Shown: positions 26,611-35,302, counted from the first letter of the stretch. The stretch: DNA of 36,874 bases from a virus (IMGVR_UViG_3300005286_000521:1-36874); one strand, 5' to 3'. Made by a program: numbers and translations. The notes: generated from the letters alone by a model not told the origin.

Positions 26611-26874
26611 TTAAATTAACAAATCCAAATCACCACGCTTTTTCGATATCGGCACCATCTTAGCCTCGATATACACCCGCTCCGGCCCCAAATCACTCTC
26701 GGTGCAAGTGATGGTATACCCAGGGTAATACCCAGCCAGCCGCTCTTTGAACTCCCGTATCACAGCCTCTTTGTGCTGGAACTTCACCCCATCAAAGTGC
26801 AGAGCATGACCCCCGCACTCTGGTTGCTCTAAGGGGGTGAAGCGGGAGAAGTATTCATCGAGGTAGGCGGACAT
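26611..26874 (-). CDS. Hypothetical 87-aa protein (paralogue of the previous gene)
   Basis: ATG abuts the upstream TAA; shared motif with 26314-26592. Confidence 0.7.
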   Translation of the reverse strand: MSAYLDEYFSRFTPLEQPECGGHALHFDGVKFQHKEAVIREFKERLAGYYPGYTITCTESDLGPERVYIEAKMVPISKKRGDLDLLI

Positions 26875-27090
26875 TTATTTGCCACAATCCTTACAGATCC
26901 ATCCTCCGATCTTGGCGTTTAATACTAACCATATCACCAGGATTATCAGCCACACTCCCCAAGTCAAAACTGTAAGCACCAAATGCACCAAAAACATGAT
27001 TGCGCTGGTCTTTTCTGTGTTCCGCATATGCACAGTAGTCTTCTTGCACCGCGAACATTTTTTTAAGCTTTCCTCAATTGCTTTTGCCAT
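26875..27090 (-). CDS. Zn-ribbon membrane protein (CxxC-hydrophobic segment-CxxC)
   Basis: CSRC...HLVLTVLTWGVWLIILVIWLVL...WICKDCG; overlaps the repressor stop. Confidence 0.8.
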   Translation of the reverse strand: MAKAIEESLKKCSRCKKTTVHMRNTEKTSAIMFLVHLVLTVLTWGVWLIILVIWLVLNAKIGGWICKDCGK

Positions 27091-27508
27091 GATCCACCTT
27101 CTTGTTTTTTAGAATTGCATCAACCACACTCTCAACCGCAATCAAATCCTCGCGATCAAGCATCCGTATTTTTCCAATCAAAACATCAACCGGCATCTGG
27201 TAGCCTGACGAAGGCTCGCCCACACTGTAGTCACCCATCCTGCCTTTTACCGCATTCAACGCACCAGCGATGGCCTTGGCCGCTGAACTCTCCGGCCCAG
27301 GCTCACCCGTCAAGATGTAATGCTCATCGATATAAAGCTCTGGCCGCCCCACCTTTAACGCCAGCAACTTATCCTTGGGAAACGACCCCCTCTTTTTCCT
27401 ATCGGAAAAAGCGTGCTTCGATAAACCGAGTATAGCCGCCACCTCCTGATCTTCCCGCACGGCCAAGCACTGCTTCAGCCGAAGTAGCTGTAAATCGAAT
27501 TCACGCAT
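27074..27508 (-). CDS. CI-type repressor (HTH, no S24 peptidase domain)
   Basis: RLK..L....DQEVA..LGLSK..FSDRKKRGSFP, YILTG; divergent from the ner-like gene. Confidence 0.85.
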   Translation of the reverse strand: MREFDLQLLRLKQCLAVREDQEVAAILGLSKHAFSDRKKRGSFPKDKLLALKVGRPELYIDEHYILTGEPGPESSAAKAIAGALNAVKGRMGDYSVGEPSSGYQMPVDVLIGKIRMLDREDLIAVESVVDAILKNKKVDHGKSN

Positions 27509-27517
27509 AAAAATACC

Positions 27518-27556
27518 TTGACTCAGTAAAGATAGTTAAGTTATCTTAACTGCAAA
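27518..27556. promoter_or_regulatory. Overlapping divergent Pe/Pc promoters with an operator-like inverted repeat
   Basis: + TTGACT(27518-27523)-18 bp-TATCTT(27542-27547); - TTGCAG/TTTGCA...TATCTT(27528-27533); inverted repeat AGTTAAG-TTAT-CTTAACT at 27534-27551. Confidence 0.65.
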
Positions 27557-27603
27557 TTGATTGTTAATTCATTGCAAATCATAGACGCGGCAGGAGACCA
27601 CCT

Positions 27604-27810
27604 ATGACTAGACCGCTGACACCCGATCAGCTCAAGGCCAAGTTCGAGCGCGAAGGCCGCACGTTCGCCCAGTGGGCCAGAGATAACGGCTACACCGAAA
27701 ACGAGGTGTATCGCGTCGTCAATGGCTTCGCAAAAGGCAAGCGCGGCAAGGCGCACAAGATTGCAGTACAGCTCGGCCTGAAAGTAGATCCCGACAAATT
27801 CGCCGCGTAA
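27604..27810 (+). CDS. Ner/Cro-like DNA-binding protein (BcepMu gp16-like)
   Basis: G.TFAQWARDNGY...VYRVVNG..K..RGKAH.IAV.LGLK; AGGAG RBS. Confidence 0.88.
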   Translation: MTRPLTPDQLKAKFEREGRTFAQWARDNGYTENEVYRVVNGFAKGKRGKAHKIAVQLGLKVDPDKFAA

Positions 27811-27872
27811 CACGTTACGCCAAACCAGCATTGTAACCCGCGCAGAACCGCGCACAACAGGAGAGACCGCAA

Positions 27873-28454
27873 ATGGAGACAACCATCAATACCGCCGCTC
27901 GCGACGCCGAAATTATGCGCCTGCACCTGGCCGGCAACGATGCGCCCAACAACATCGCTGCCGAACTGGGCATCACCATTGAAGAGGTTAAGGCCGTCAT
28001 CAAGCGCGAGTGTGCCACAAGCTCTACAGCCGCCCGCGATGCGGAAATCCTGGCCTCTTACAAAGGTGTCGGCGACGCGCATGTACTGGCAAAGCGCCAC
28101 GGGGTCAATGTCGCCCACGTGTGGCGACTCATTCACCGCGCCGAGGTCGGCAAGCAGGTCAGCCGCGCAACCGAGTACGCGCAGGCAGTGATGCGCACCG
28201 GCGAAGTGGTGTGCGCATTACCTGCCGGCATCCTCAAGACCACCACTGGCGCAGATGCGTTTGTGCAACAACTGGAGAGCGCCATACGTGCCCAGGCTCG
28301 CGATTTGAATGTAGTGATTGCTGTGGCCGTGATCCCGGTTGAGGAAGTGGAAGGGATTGTTGCAGCAGAGCCAATCGAAAACCCGCGAGCGGTTTCTGCA
28401 ACCCTGCAAGCGAAAGCCGTTAACGCTGCACGCAAATCGGAATTGCCAGCATGA
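27873..28454 (+). CDS. Protein with two tandem Mor-type HTH repeats
   Basis: AARDAEI occurs twice, each followed by an HTH-like segment. Confidence 0.7.
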   Translation: METTINTAARDAEIMRLHLAGNDAPNNIAAELGITIEEVKAVIKRECATSSTAARDAEILASYKGVGDAHVLAKRHGVNVAHVWRLIHRAEVGKQVSRATEYAQAVMRTGEVVCALPAGILKTTTGADAFVQQLESAIRAQARDLNVVIAVAVIPVEEVEGIVAAEPIENPRAVSATLQAKAVNAARKSELPA

Positions 28455-28684
28455 GCATTTTAATCAACCTCCAGCGCCGCCTGGACCAAGCCGCTCTTGA
28501 GCAAGCCCGCGCCGAAGTTGTTCGCCTTGCCGACCGTGTAGAAGAGCTGGAACGCCAGCTGGAATATGCGCGCAACGATGCAGATGCCTGGTACGACCAC
28601 GCTAACGAGTTGCGAGACCGTATGGGCGACGCGGTATCCGTTGGCATTACCCAAAGCGGCCAATTGGTAGTGGGGGCAGCATGA
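28451..28684 (+). CDS. Hypothetical coiled-coil protein
   Basis: ATGA overlaps on both sides; ALEQARAEV..L. Confidence 0.75.
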   Translation: MSILINLQRRLDQAALEQARAEVVRLADRVEELERQLEYARNDADAWYDHANELRDRMGDAVSVGITQSGQLVVGAA

Positions 28685-28980
28685 GCGACAGCAACCTGGT
28701 CAGCCGCACGCTGCGCATCCTATCCGCACTCAAGGGTAAATCCCTGCACGGCATGAGCAATCAAGACATTGCAAAAGCCTGCCAGCTGCCAGCCAGCACT
28801 GTGACTCGCATCGTAACAACCATGGTGGACGAAGGTTATGTGATGCAACTCGACACGGGGCGCTATGCCCTGAGCGTACGCATGCTGGCCATCGCCCAAG
28901 CGCACGCAGACGAGATGAGCCGCACCATCGAAAAGATTAACGAGTTAAACCAGCGCGTCCACGCGGGCGCGCGGCAGTAA
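28681..28980 (+). CDS. IclR-type HTH DNA-binding protein
   Basis: RTLRILSALKG...GMSNQDIAKA....STVTR....V.EG. Confidence 0.85.
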   Translation: MSDSNLVSRTLRILSALKGKSLHGMSNQDIAKACQLPASTVTRIVTTMVDEGYVMQLDTGRYALSVRMLAIAQAHADEMSRTIEKINELNQRVHAGARQ

Positions 28981-28981
28981 C

Positions 28982-29007
28982 CAAATGTTGCGACGTCGCA
29001 ACATTTG
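28982..29007. repeat. Perfect 26-bp palindrome CAAATGTTGCGACGTCGCAACATTTG
   Basis: Self-reverse-complementary with no loop; begins 1 nt after the HTH gene stop. Confidence 0.95.
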
Positions 29008-29208
29008 AAGGGGTTTCGAGTGCGACGGAAAAACGAAGACCATCACTATGACCGTGAACGTGTGATCCGGGAGGCACAGATGTATCGGCTTCGCGGTATA
29101 GAGGCGGATGCAATGGTGCGCATCGCCAAATCACGTCGCATAACCAACGAGATAGACCAGTTAATCAATCCGCCCGGCAAGGGCGATCAAAAGCAACGGA
29201 GAAACGAC

Positions 29209-30054
29209 ATGGCCCGTAAAGCAGCACCACAAGTTATCGACCACAACGACATTGATGACGAGAACAAAGTCGTCGGAGATTCGGCGAAAGAAATGGCCGC
29301 ACTGAGCACCACCATCGTCAATGAATACGGCCACGGCGTGCCTTACAGCCGCGAGCATTACCTCAACAAAGCGCGAGGACACATCATGCGGTCTGCGGAG
29401 GAAGCCCTGGAGCTGGGGCGCTGCCTCATCGTGATGAAGGAGCATGAGCCGCACGGCGATTGGATAGAGATCCTTACTGACTTGGAGCTGGAGCGCACCT
29501 TCGCCGCGCGCACAATGCAAGCCGCGATTAAGTTTACGGCTAACGGCAAATCAACCAAAAACCTCATTGATGCCGCAAAGAGTAAATCAAAACTGTTCGA
29601 ACTGATGGTGCTGGACAACGAACAGATTGAGCAGCTGGACGAAGGCCAATCTGTTGCGGGCATTACGCTTGACGACGTTGAAAAAATGCCGGTTAGCGAA
29701 CTCCGTAAAGCCCTGCGGGAAGCCCGAAATTCCCAGCAAGATCAAGACCGCGTCATCAACGAGAAGAATAAAAAAATTGATGAGCAGGCCAAGCAAATTA
29801 TGCGCATTCGCCGCGAGCCGGATGAAGAGGCCAAACAGATGCGCGCTGATATTTCCAGCCTCCAATCCATGGTTGAGCACGATATTCGTGTGAATTTATT
29901 CAACGGAATCAAGGCATTGCGGGAGCATGCCGATCAGCATGACGAGCCGGGCAGCAACGCTCACCAGGAGTTCATCAGCTCGCAAATCACGCTGCTGGAA
30001 AACGCGATTGCTTTTCTGCGAGAAAACTGCGTTCAAGGCGTCGAGTGGGAATAA
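29209..30054 (+). CDS. DUF3102-like protein with C-terminal coiled coil
   Basis: LELGRCLIVMKEHEPHGDW, KSKLFEL, LDDVEKM.VSELRKALRE; GGAG RBS before ATG 29209 (frame open from 28981). Confidence 0.8.
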   Translation: MARKAAPQVIDHNDIDDENKVVGDSAKEMAALSTTIVNEYGHGVPYSREHYLNKARGHIMRSAEEALELGRCLIVMKEHEPHGDWIEILTDLELERTFAARTMQAAIKFTANGKSTKNLIDAAKSKSKLFELMVLDNEQIEQLDEGQSVAGITLDDVEKMPVSELRKALREARNSQQDQDRVINEKNKKIDEQAKQIMRIRREPDEEAKQMRADISSLQSMVEHDIRVNLFNGIKALREHADQHDEPGSNAHQEFISSQITLLENAIAFLRENCVQGVEWE

Positions 30055-30057
30055 ACC

Positions 30058-31818
30058 ATGAACGCCGCACTGGTACACGCATTGATTGAAGTGGCGCGCG
30101 CGGCAGAGGCCGCGCCCCACGGCAAGAAAAATGCCGTCTATCAAGAGGCGGCTGACCGCATGGGCATGTCGCTTGCGACACTGCACCGCAAATTAAAAGA
30201 GGTGAGCGTACCCATGAAAACCCGCAAACGCCGCAGCGACGCCGGTAAAAGCTCGCTCAGTTTTGAGGATGCGCAACTGCTCAGTGCGTATCTGCAAGAA
30301 ACCCAACGTGCCAATGGTAAGCGTCTGGCATCTATCGAAGATGCCCTTGAAGTATTGCGTGCAGATAACGCCGCGTTCGCTGGGCGCGTGGATGAAGCGA
30401 CCGGCGAAATCATCCCGCTCAGCATTAGTGCCGTTAGCCGGGCACTCACACATTACCGGCTGCACCCGGATCAGCTGGCGTTACCCACACCAAAAACACA
30501 GCTGGCAAGCCTGCACCCGAACCACGTGTGGCAGATCGACCCATCGTTATGCGTGCTGTATTACCTGAGTAAAAAATCCGGTGTGCAGGTGATGGAAGAA
30601 AAGGAGTTTTACAAAAACAAGCCCGGCAACATTGAGCGAATCGAGAAAGAGCGTGTGTGGCGTTACGTCATTACGGACCACGCCAGCGGCTGGATTTACG
30701 TGCATTACGTATTGGGCGCTGAGAGCGGCAAGAACCTGGTTGAAGCATTCATTGGCGCAACGCAAAAACGCCACGCCGAAGACCCCGTACACGGCATACC
30801 AAAGTTGGTAATGGTTGATCCCGGCAGTGCCAACACCGGCGCAGTGTTTAAGAACCTGTGCAATGCACTGGGTATTACGCTGCAAGTGAATCAGCCCGGA
30901 CAACCGTGGGCGAAAGGCCAGGTTGAAAAGGCGAACGATATTGTTGAGCGCAGTTTCGAGCATCGCCTGGCGCTGATGGCAAACCCGCCTACAACACTGG
31001 ATGAATTAAACCCCTGTGCTTGGCAATGGATGCGCTGGTTTAACAGCACCAAGGTCCACAGCCGCACCAATGCAACACGCTACGCGGTATGGATGCGCAT
31101 CACCGCCGAGCAGCTGGTGATTGCTCCGAGCGAAAAAGTAATGCGTGAACTCAGTTTCAGTGCAGCGGTGCAACGCAAAGTGTCCGCTCTGCTCACGATT
31201 CAGCACGGCGGAAACACCTATTCCGTTAATGATATTCCGGGCGTAGAAGTAGGCGAGCAATTGTCAGTCACGCGCAATCCATGGCGCGACGACAACAGCA
31301 TCCAGATTGTGCGCGAAGAGGAAGGCCAACGCGTGATTCACGTGCTGGAGCCACAGCAAAGTACGGATTACGGATTCTCAACAACAGCGCCAATCATCGG
31401 CGAGCAATTCAAGGCGCAACCCGATAGTGCGATTGATAAAAACCGCAAAGTGGTGGAGCGGTTGGCAATGCAAGCGGATACCGATGAACAGGCCGCCCAG
31501 GCACGCAAGAAAAAGGCTACCCCGTTCGGCGGCAATATTGACCCGATGAAACCCATCGAGCAAACCAGATTGCCTGAGTACATCCACAAGCGCGGTACAG
31601 CGAGTGACCTGGTATCGCCGGTGATGGAACTGCCCAAACTCTCGCCGGTGCAGATCGCGAAAAAGATCTCTACCCAGATCGGCACCGAATGGAAAGGGGC
31701 GGAGCATTTCGCGTGGCTCAAACAACGCTACCCCGACGGTGCGCCGGACGAAGAAATCCCCGCAATTATTCAGCAATTACGCAGTGCATTTGCATCGCCA
31801 CTGCGCGTGATTAAGTGA
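30058..31818 (+). CDS. DDE transposase (MuA functional equivalent)
   Basis: RKRRSDAG, HPNHVWQIDPS, MVDPGSAN, AKGQVEKAN catalytic motifs. Confidence 0.93.
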   Translation: MNAALVHALIEVARAAEAAPHGKKNAVYQEAADRMGMSLATLHRKLKEVSVPMKTRKRRSDAGKSSLSFEDAQLLSAYLQETQRANGKRLASIEDALEVLRADNAAFAGRVDEATGEIIPLSISAVSRALTHYRLHPDQLALPTPKTQLASLHPNHVWQIDPSLCVLYYLSKKSGVQVMEEKEFYKNKPGNIERIEKERVWRYVITDHASGWIYVHYVLGAESGKNLVEAFIGATQKRHAEDPVHGIPKLVMVDPGSANTGAVFKNLCNALGITLQVNQPGQPWAKGQVEKANDIVERSFEHRLALMANPPTTLDELNPCAWQWMRWFNSTKVHSRTNATRYAVWMRITAEQLVIAPSEKVMRELSFSAAVQRKVSALLTIQHGGNTYSVNDIPGVEVGEQLSVTRNPWRDDNSIQIVREEEGQRVIHVLEPQQSTDYGFSTTAPIIGEQFKAQPDSAIDKNRKVVERLAMQADTDEQAAQARKKKATPFGGNIDPMKPIEQTRLPEYIHKRGTASDLVSPVMELPKLSPVQIAKKISTQIGTEWKGAEHFAWLKQRYPDGAPDEEIPAIIQQLRSAFASPLRVIK

Positions 31819-31825
31819 GGCGACC

Positions 31826-33013
31826 ATGAGCGCATTACAGCTTAAAAAAATGTTGAAGGCGCTGCGGGTGCCGCAGGCCGAATTAGCCCGCGAATGCGGT
31901 GTTAGCCCCGCAACCATTGCACAGATGCTGAATCACGGCCAGTGGCCCAGTGATCCGTTACGCGGGGAGTTGCAGCGAAATATTAAGAGTTTTCTGGCGA
32001 GCAAGAAAATGCTGCCGGGTGTTATCGCCGCTGCGTTTGAAGTAGATGCGGCAAATGAAGTGGAGCCAGAGAGCGGCAACTCCCTGGCCCCTGACCATAA
32101 AGATCAGTCCCAGGAGGACGTTGATATGTTACTACGCAAGCAAACCCTGTCGCCAGAGGCAAAGAAACTGTTTGGCCTGGTGCGCAATCCATTTACCGAT
32201 CTGCAATCCGATGAAGATATGTGGATAAACCCCGATATCCGCTACGTGCGCGAGCACATGTATGCGACGGCAAAACACAGCGGCATCACTGCTGTGGTCG
32301 GCGAATCCGGTGCGGGCAAAACCTCCGTGCGTAAAGCGCTGAAAGATCGCATCGCACAGGAAAACCTGCCGATCATCATTGCCGAGCCGTACATGCTCGC
32401 GTCGGAAGACAGCGAGAAAAAAGGCAAAACCGTGAAGTCCACACACATCGCGGAAGCGATCCTGCGCGCAGCGGCACCGCTGGAAAAACCGCGCATGAGT
32501 GCCGATGCGCGTTTCTATCAACTGCACCGCGTACTTAAAGACGCCCACAAAAGCGGCCAGCGCGTGTGCGTAATTATTGATGAGGCGCACAGCCTTTCAA
32601 TCCCCACGCTCAAGCACTTAAAGCGGATTTATGAATTGGAGCCGGACGGCGGCTACGGCAATTTGATCAGCATTATTTTGATCGGCCAGCCGGAATTGTT
32701 GATGAAACTCAACGAACGCAACCCGGAGATTCGTGAGTTAGTACAGCGCTGCGAAGTCGTCACCCTCTCACCGATTCCCGTGGCTGACCTGGAAGGATTT
32801 ATCGATTTCCGCCTCAGCCGCATCGGCAAAAGGGCCGCAGACATTATTGATGCAACGGGCATAACCGCATTGGCAGACAAGATGGTATCTCGCGATGGAG
32901 CGAGCCAGTTGTACCCGTTAGCTGTTGGTAACTTCGTCGTGGCCGCGCTCAACCTGGCCGCAAAAATTGGCGTCCCTGCGATTGATGCGGACATTGTTAA
33001 AGAGGTGGTGTGA
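31826..33013 (+). CDS. Transposition ATPase (MuB-like/ExeA family) with N-terminal HTH
   Basis: GESGAGKT Walker A, IIDEAH Walker B, LIGQPEL. Confidence 0.92.
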   Translation: MSALQLKKMLKALRVPQAELARECGVSPATIAQMLNHGQWPSDPLRGELQRNIKSFLASKKMLPGVIAAAFEVDAANEVEPESGNSLAPDHKDQSQEDVDMLLRKQTLSPEAKKLFGLVRNPFTDLQSDEDMWINPDIRYVREHMYATAKHSGITAVVGESGAGKTSVRKALKDRIAQENLPIIIAEPYMLASEDSEKKGKTVKSTHIAEAILRAAAPLEKPRMSADARFYQLHRVLKDAHKSGQRVCVIIDEAHSLSIPTLKHLKRIYELEPDGGYGNLISIILIGQPELLMKLNERNPEIRELVQRCEVVTLSPIPVADLEGFIDFRLSRIGKRAADIIDATGITALADKMVSRDGASQLYPLAVGNFVVAALNLAAKIGVPAIDADIVKEVV

Positions 33014-33321
33014 TGTCCACGCAACCCATCGAACGCAACTCATTGCCGCTTAAGCAGCGCGTGAAAGCATTGCTTAATGTGGCGAGCGAGCTGGATAAAA
33101 AAGGGTTGGTTGCCGCGAGTGTTTATTTTGCGGATGACCACGTCATGGTTTACCTGCGCCACCCGCCGAAATCGCGGCAACTCAAAGGTGATGACATTCG
33201 TGTGGTAGGGGGACCGGGGGGGCTATTCCAGGTGAAAGAAAAAGTCTTTGGCATTGTGCATGTGCAATGGGTAGTCCCTTACGTCCATTTGTATGTGCCG
33301 AAAAACGGGAGCATCCACTAA
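33010..33321 (+). CDS. Hypothetical protein
   Basis: Coupled to neighbours; GAGG RBS. Confidence 0.65.
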   Translation: MMSTQPIERNSLPLKQRVKALLNVASELDKKGLVAASVYFADDHVMVYLRHPPKSRQLKGDDIRVVGGPGGLFQVKEKVFGIVHVQWVVPYVHLYVPKNGSIH

Positions 33322-33545
33322 TGTCCAAGTTCAATAGCTTCGATCTTAACGCCAGCATCAGTCACTTGCGCGCTCGCTTTAACACCATGCAAATGCAAGC
33401 GATTAAGAACAATATTTTTGCGGTGGAAAGCGAGTTGCGCAAAATCCAGGAGGAGTGCAACCACGCGCTCGCCATCACCAAATCCATGACCAGCGAGCAG
33501 GCAGCACCACGCTTCACTGGCTTACGCGTAGGAGCACGCTCATGA
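33321..33545 (+). CDS. Hypothetical helical protein (74 aa)
   Basis: TAATG coupling; GGGAG RBS. Confidence 0.6.
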   Translation: MSKFNSFDLNASISHLRARFNTMQMQAIKNNIFAVESELRKIQEECNHALAITKSMTSEQAAPRFTGLRVGARS

Positions 33546-34159
33546 ACAACATACCCGAAGGGTATAAGGAAGATTCATCGGGCGCATTGCGCCCGGTGGA
33601 TGCCATTAAACCCATTGACCTACTGCGCGATGAGCTGGTGATGCGCATCGCCACTCGCGCCGAGCAGCTGCATGCCGAACTGAAAAAATTCAAGGAAGAA
33701 ACGCTGGAAGAAATCGCCGCGTTTATCGAGCTGAGTGCCAACGAATACGGCGTGAACATCGGTGGAAAAAAAGGCAACGTGCAGCTGACCAGCTACGACG
33801 GCCAGTACCGCGTGCTGCGTGCCAATCACGATGCTATGTCATTCGATGAGCGATTGCTCGCCGCGAAAGAACTGATCGACGAATGTCTGCGAGATTGGAG
33901 CGGTCGCCCAGGTGTGCCGCGAGGGCTGGTTGTGATTGCAGACCGAGCGTTCCGTCGCAATGCGGCAGGTGAAATCAGCGTGTCCCGCGTACTCGACCTG
34001 CGCAGCCACGATATTGATGATGATCGCTGGAAAAAAGCGATGGACATCATCACCGATTCAATCCGGGTGCAGGCCAGCATTACTTACCTGCGCATCCAAA
34101 AGCGTGCGGGGCGTACAGATCAGTACAACCAGCTCGCGCTTGATGTGGCGGGGGTGTGA
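33542..34159 (+). CDS. DUF3164-family Mu-like phage protein
   Basis: IKPIDLLRDELV, GGKKGNV.L.SYDG, FDERL.AAK.LIDEC, W.KAM..I.DS. Confidence 0.88.
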   Translation: MNNIPEGYKEDSSGALRPVDAIKPIDLLRDELVMRIATRAEQLHAELKKFKEETLEEIAAFIELSANEYGVNIGGKKGNVQLTSYDGQYRVLRANHDAMSFDERLLAAKELIDECLRDWSGRPGVPRGLVVIADRAFRRNAAGEISVSRVLDLRSHDIDDDRWKKAMDIITDSIRVQASITYLRIQKRAGRTDQYNQLALDVAGV

Positions 34160-34160
34160 G

Positions 34161-34421
34161 ATGAAATCCAATAACAACCCAATGGTAAAGGTGCGCATCC
34201 AAGCTCAGGAAACCGTTGAATACGATCAAGAAGTGATGATGCTGCAAAGCGACTTTGATCGATTTTATACGGACCTAAACAGCGCGAAAGGTCGCCAGCT
34301 CAAAAAATTGGAGGAGAAAATTGTTGATAGCTACATTGATCATAAAGACGTTCTCGATGCAGATGAAAAAACAGTGACTTCTTTTGAGTTGAGCGTAGCT
34401 CAGGATCAGAAGGAGGCATAA
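34161..34421 (+). CDS. Hypothetical protein (86 aa)
   Basis: Fills the gap in the operon; ATG 1 nt after the previous stop. Confidence 0.65.
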   Translation: MKSNNNPMVKVRIQAQETVEYDQEVMMLQSDFDRFYTDLNSAKGRQLKKLEEKIVDSYIDHKDVLDADEKTVTSFELSVAQDQKEA

Positions 34422-34422
34422 C

Positions 34423-35088
34423 GTGAACATCCGTCCCGATATCCTCACAATCGAAGGCCACTATTTTAATTTCCTCCACCCGGAGGAAAACCAATTCACC
34501 ATCGAATCCATCGCGCACGCGCTGAGCCACGTGTGCCGCTTCGCCGGCCACACCCGCGAGTTTTACAGCGTGGCGCAACACTCTGTGATGGTTAGTTACA
34601 TCGTTCCACCAGAGCACGCATTAGCGGGCCTACTGCACGATGCCGCCGAGGCATTCGTGGGTGATGTAGCGCGCCCATTGAAAGAGCTGTTGCCGGAATA
34701 CAAGCGCATCGAACGAGCGGTCGAAACAGCCGTGCTGAAACGCTTTGGTATTACGCACATTCCCGACTGCGTAAAACGTGCTGACCTGGTCATGCTTGCC
34801 ACTGAACAGCGAGACCTGATGCCCCACCATGATGACGAATGGTCGTTAATCATAGGTGTTACCCCGCTGGCGATGGAAATTATCCCGCTGCCACCTGCCC
34901 AGGCTAAAGCTGCATTTTTGGAGCGTTTTATTGAACTCACCGAACGCCAATGGCCCTGCGGCCACGGCAAAGACCCGGTGGAGTCACGCTGTGGTGTTTG
35001 TCATGGCGATGGTATTTGGGCTGATGTTGTTGAGGTGCCGATTGCGGAAGCGTTGGAGTGTATGAAAACGGAGTTCGATGATGAGTGA
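34423..35088 (+). CDS. HD-domain phosphohydrolase (YfbR/5'-deoxynucleotidase-like)
   Basis: [45 protein letters not shown]. Confidence 0.88.
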   Translation: MNIRPDILTIEGHYFNFLHPEENQFTIESIAHALSHVCRFAGHTREFYSVAQHSVMVSYIVPPEHALAGLLHDAAEAFVGDVARPLKELLPEYKRIERAVETAVLKRFGITHIPDCVKRADLVMLATEQRDLMPHHDDEWSLIIGVTPLAMEIIPLPPAQAKAAFLERFIELTERQWPCGHGKDPVESRCGVCHGDGIWADVVEVPIAEALECMKTEFDDE

Positions 35089-35302
35089 TAACGCTGATTT
35101 AGCAAACGACGTAATGCAAGCGCGCCTGGATTTGCTGCTGCAAAACCGCCCCCGGCTGCCCAGTGGTATCAGCGCAAGTGAATGCGAGGAATGTGGTGAT
35201 GATATTCCACAAGCGCGCCGCGTCGCGTTGCCTGGCATTCAGACGTGTGCCGAGTGCGCGCAATTGATCGAAGAACAAACCCGGTTTCAACGTGGAGGCT
35301 AA
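35078..35302 (+). CDS. TraR/DksA C4-type zinc-finger protein
   Basis: [33 protein letters not shown]. Confidence 0.9.
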   Translation: MMSDNADLANDVMQARLDLLLQNRPRLPSGISASECEECGDDIPQARRVALPGIQTCAECAQLIEEQTRFQRGG

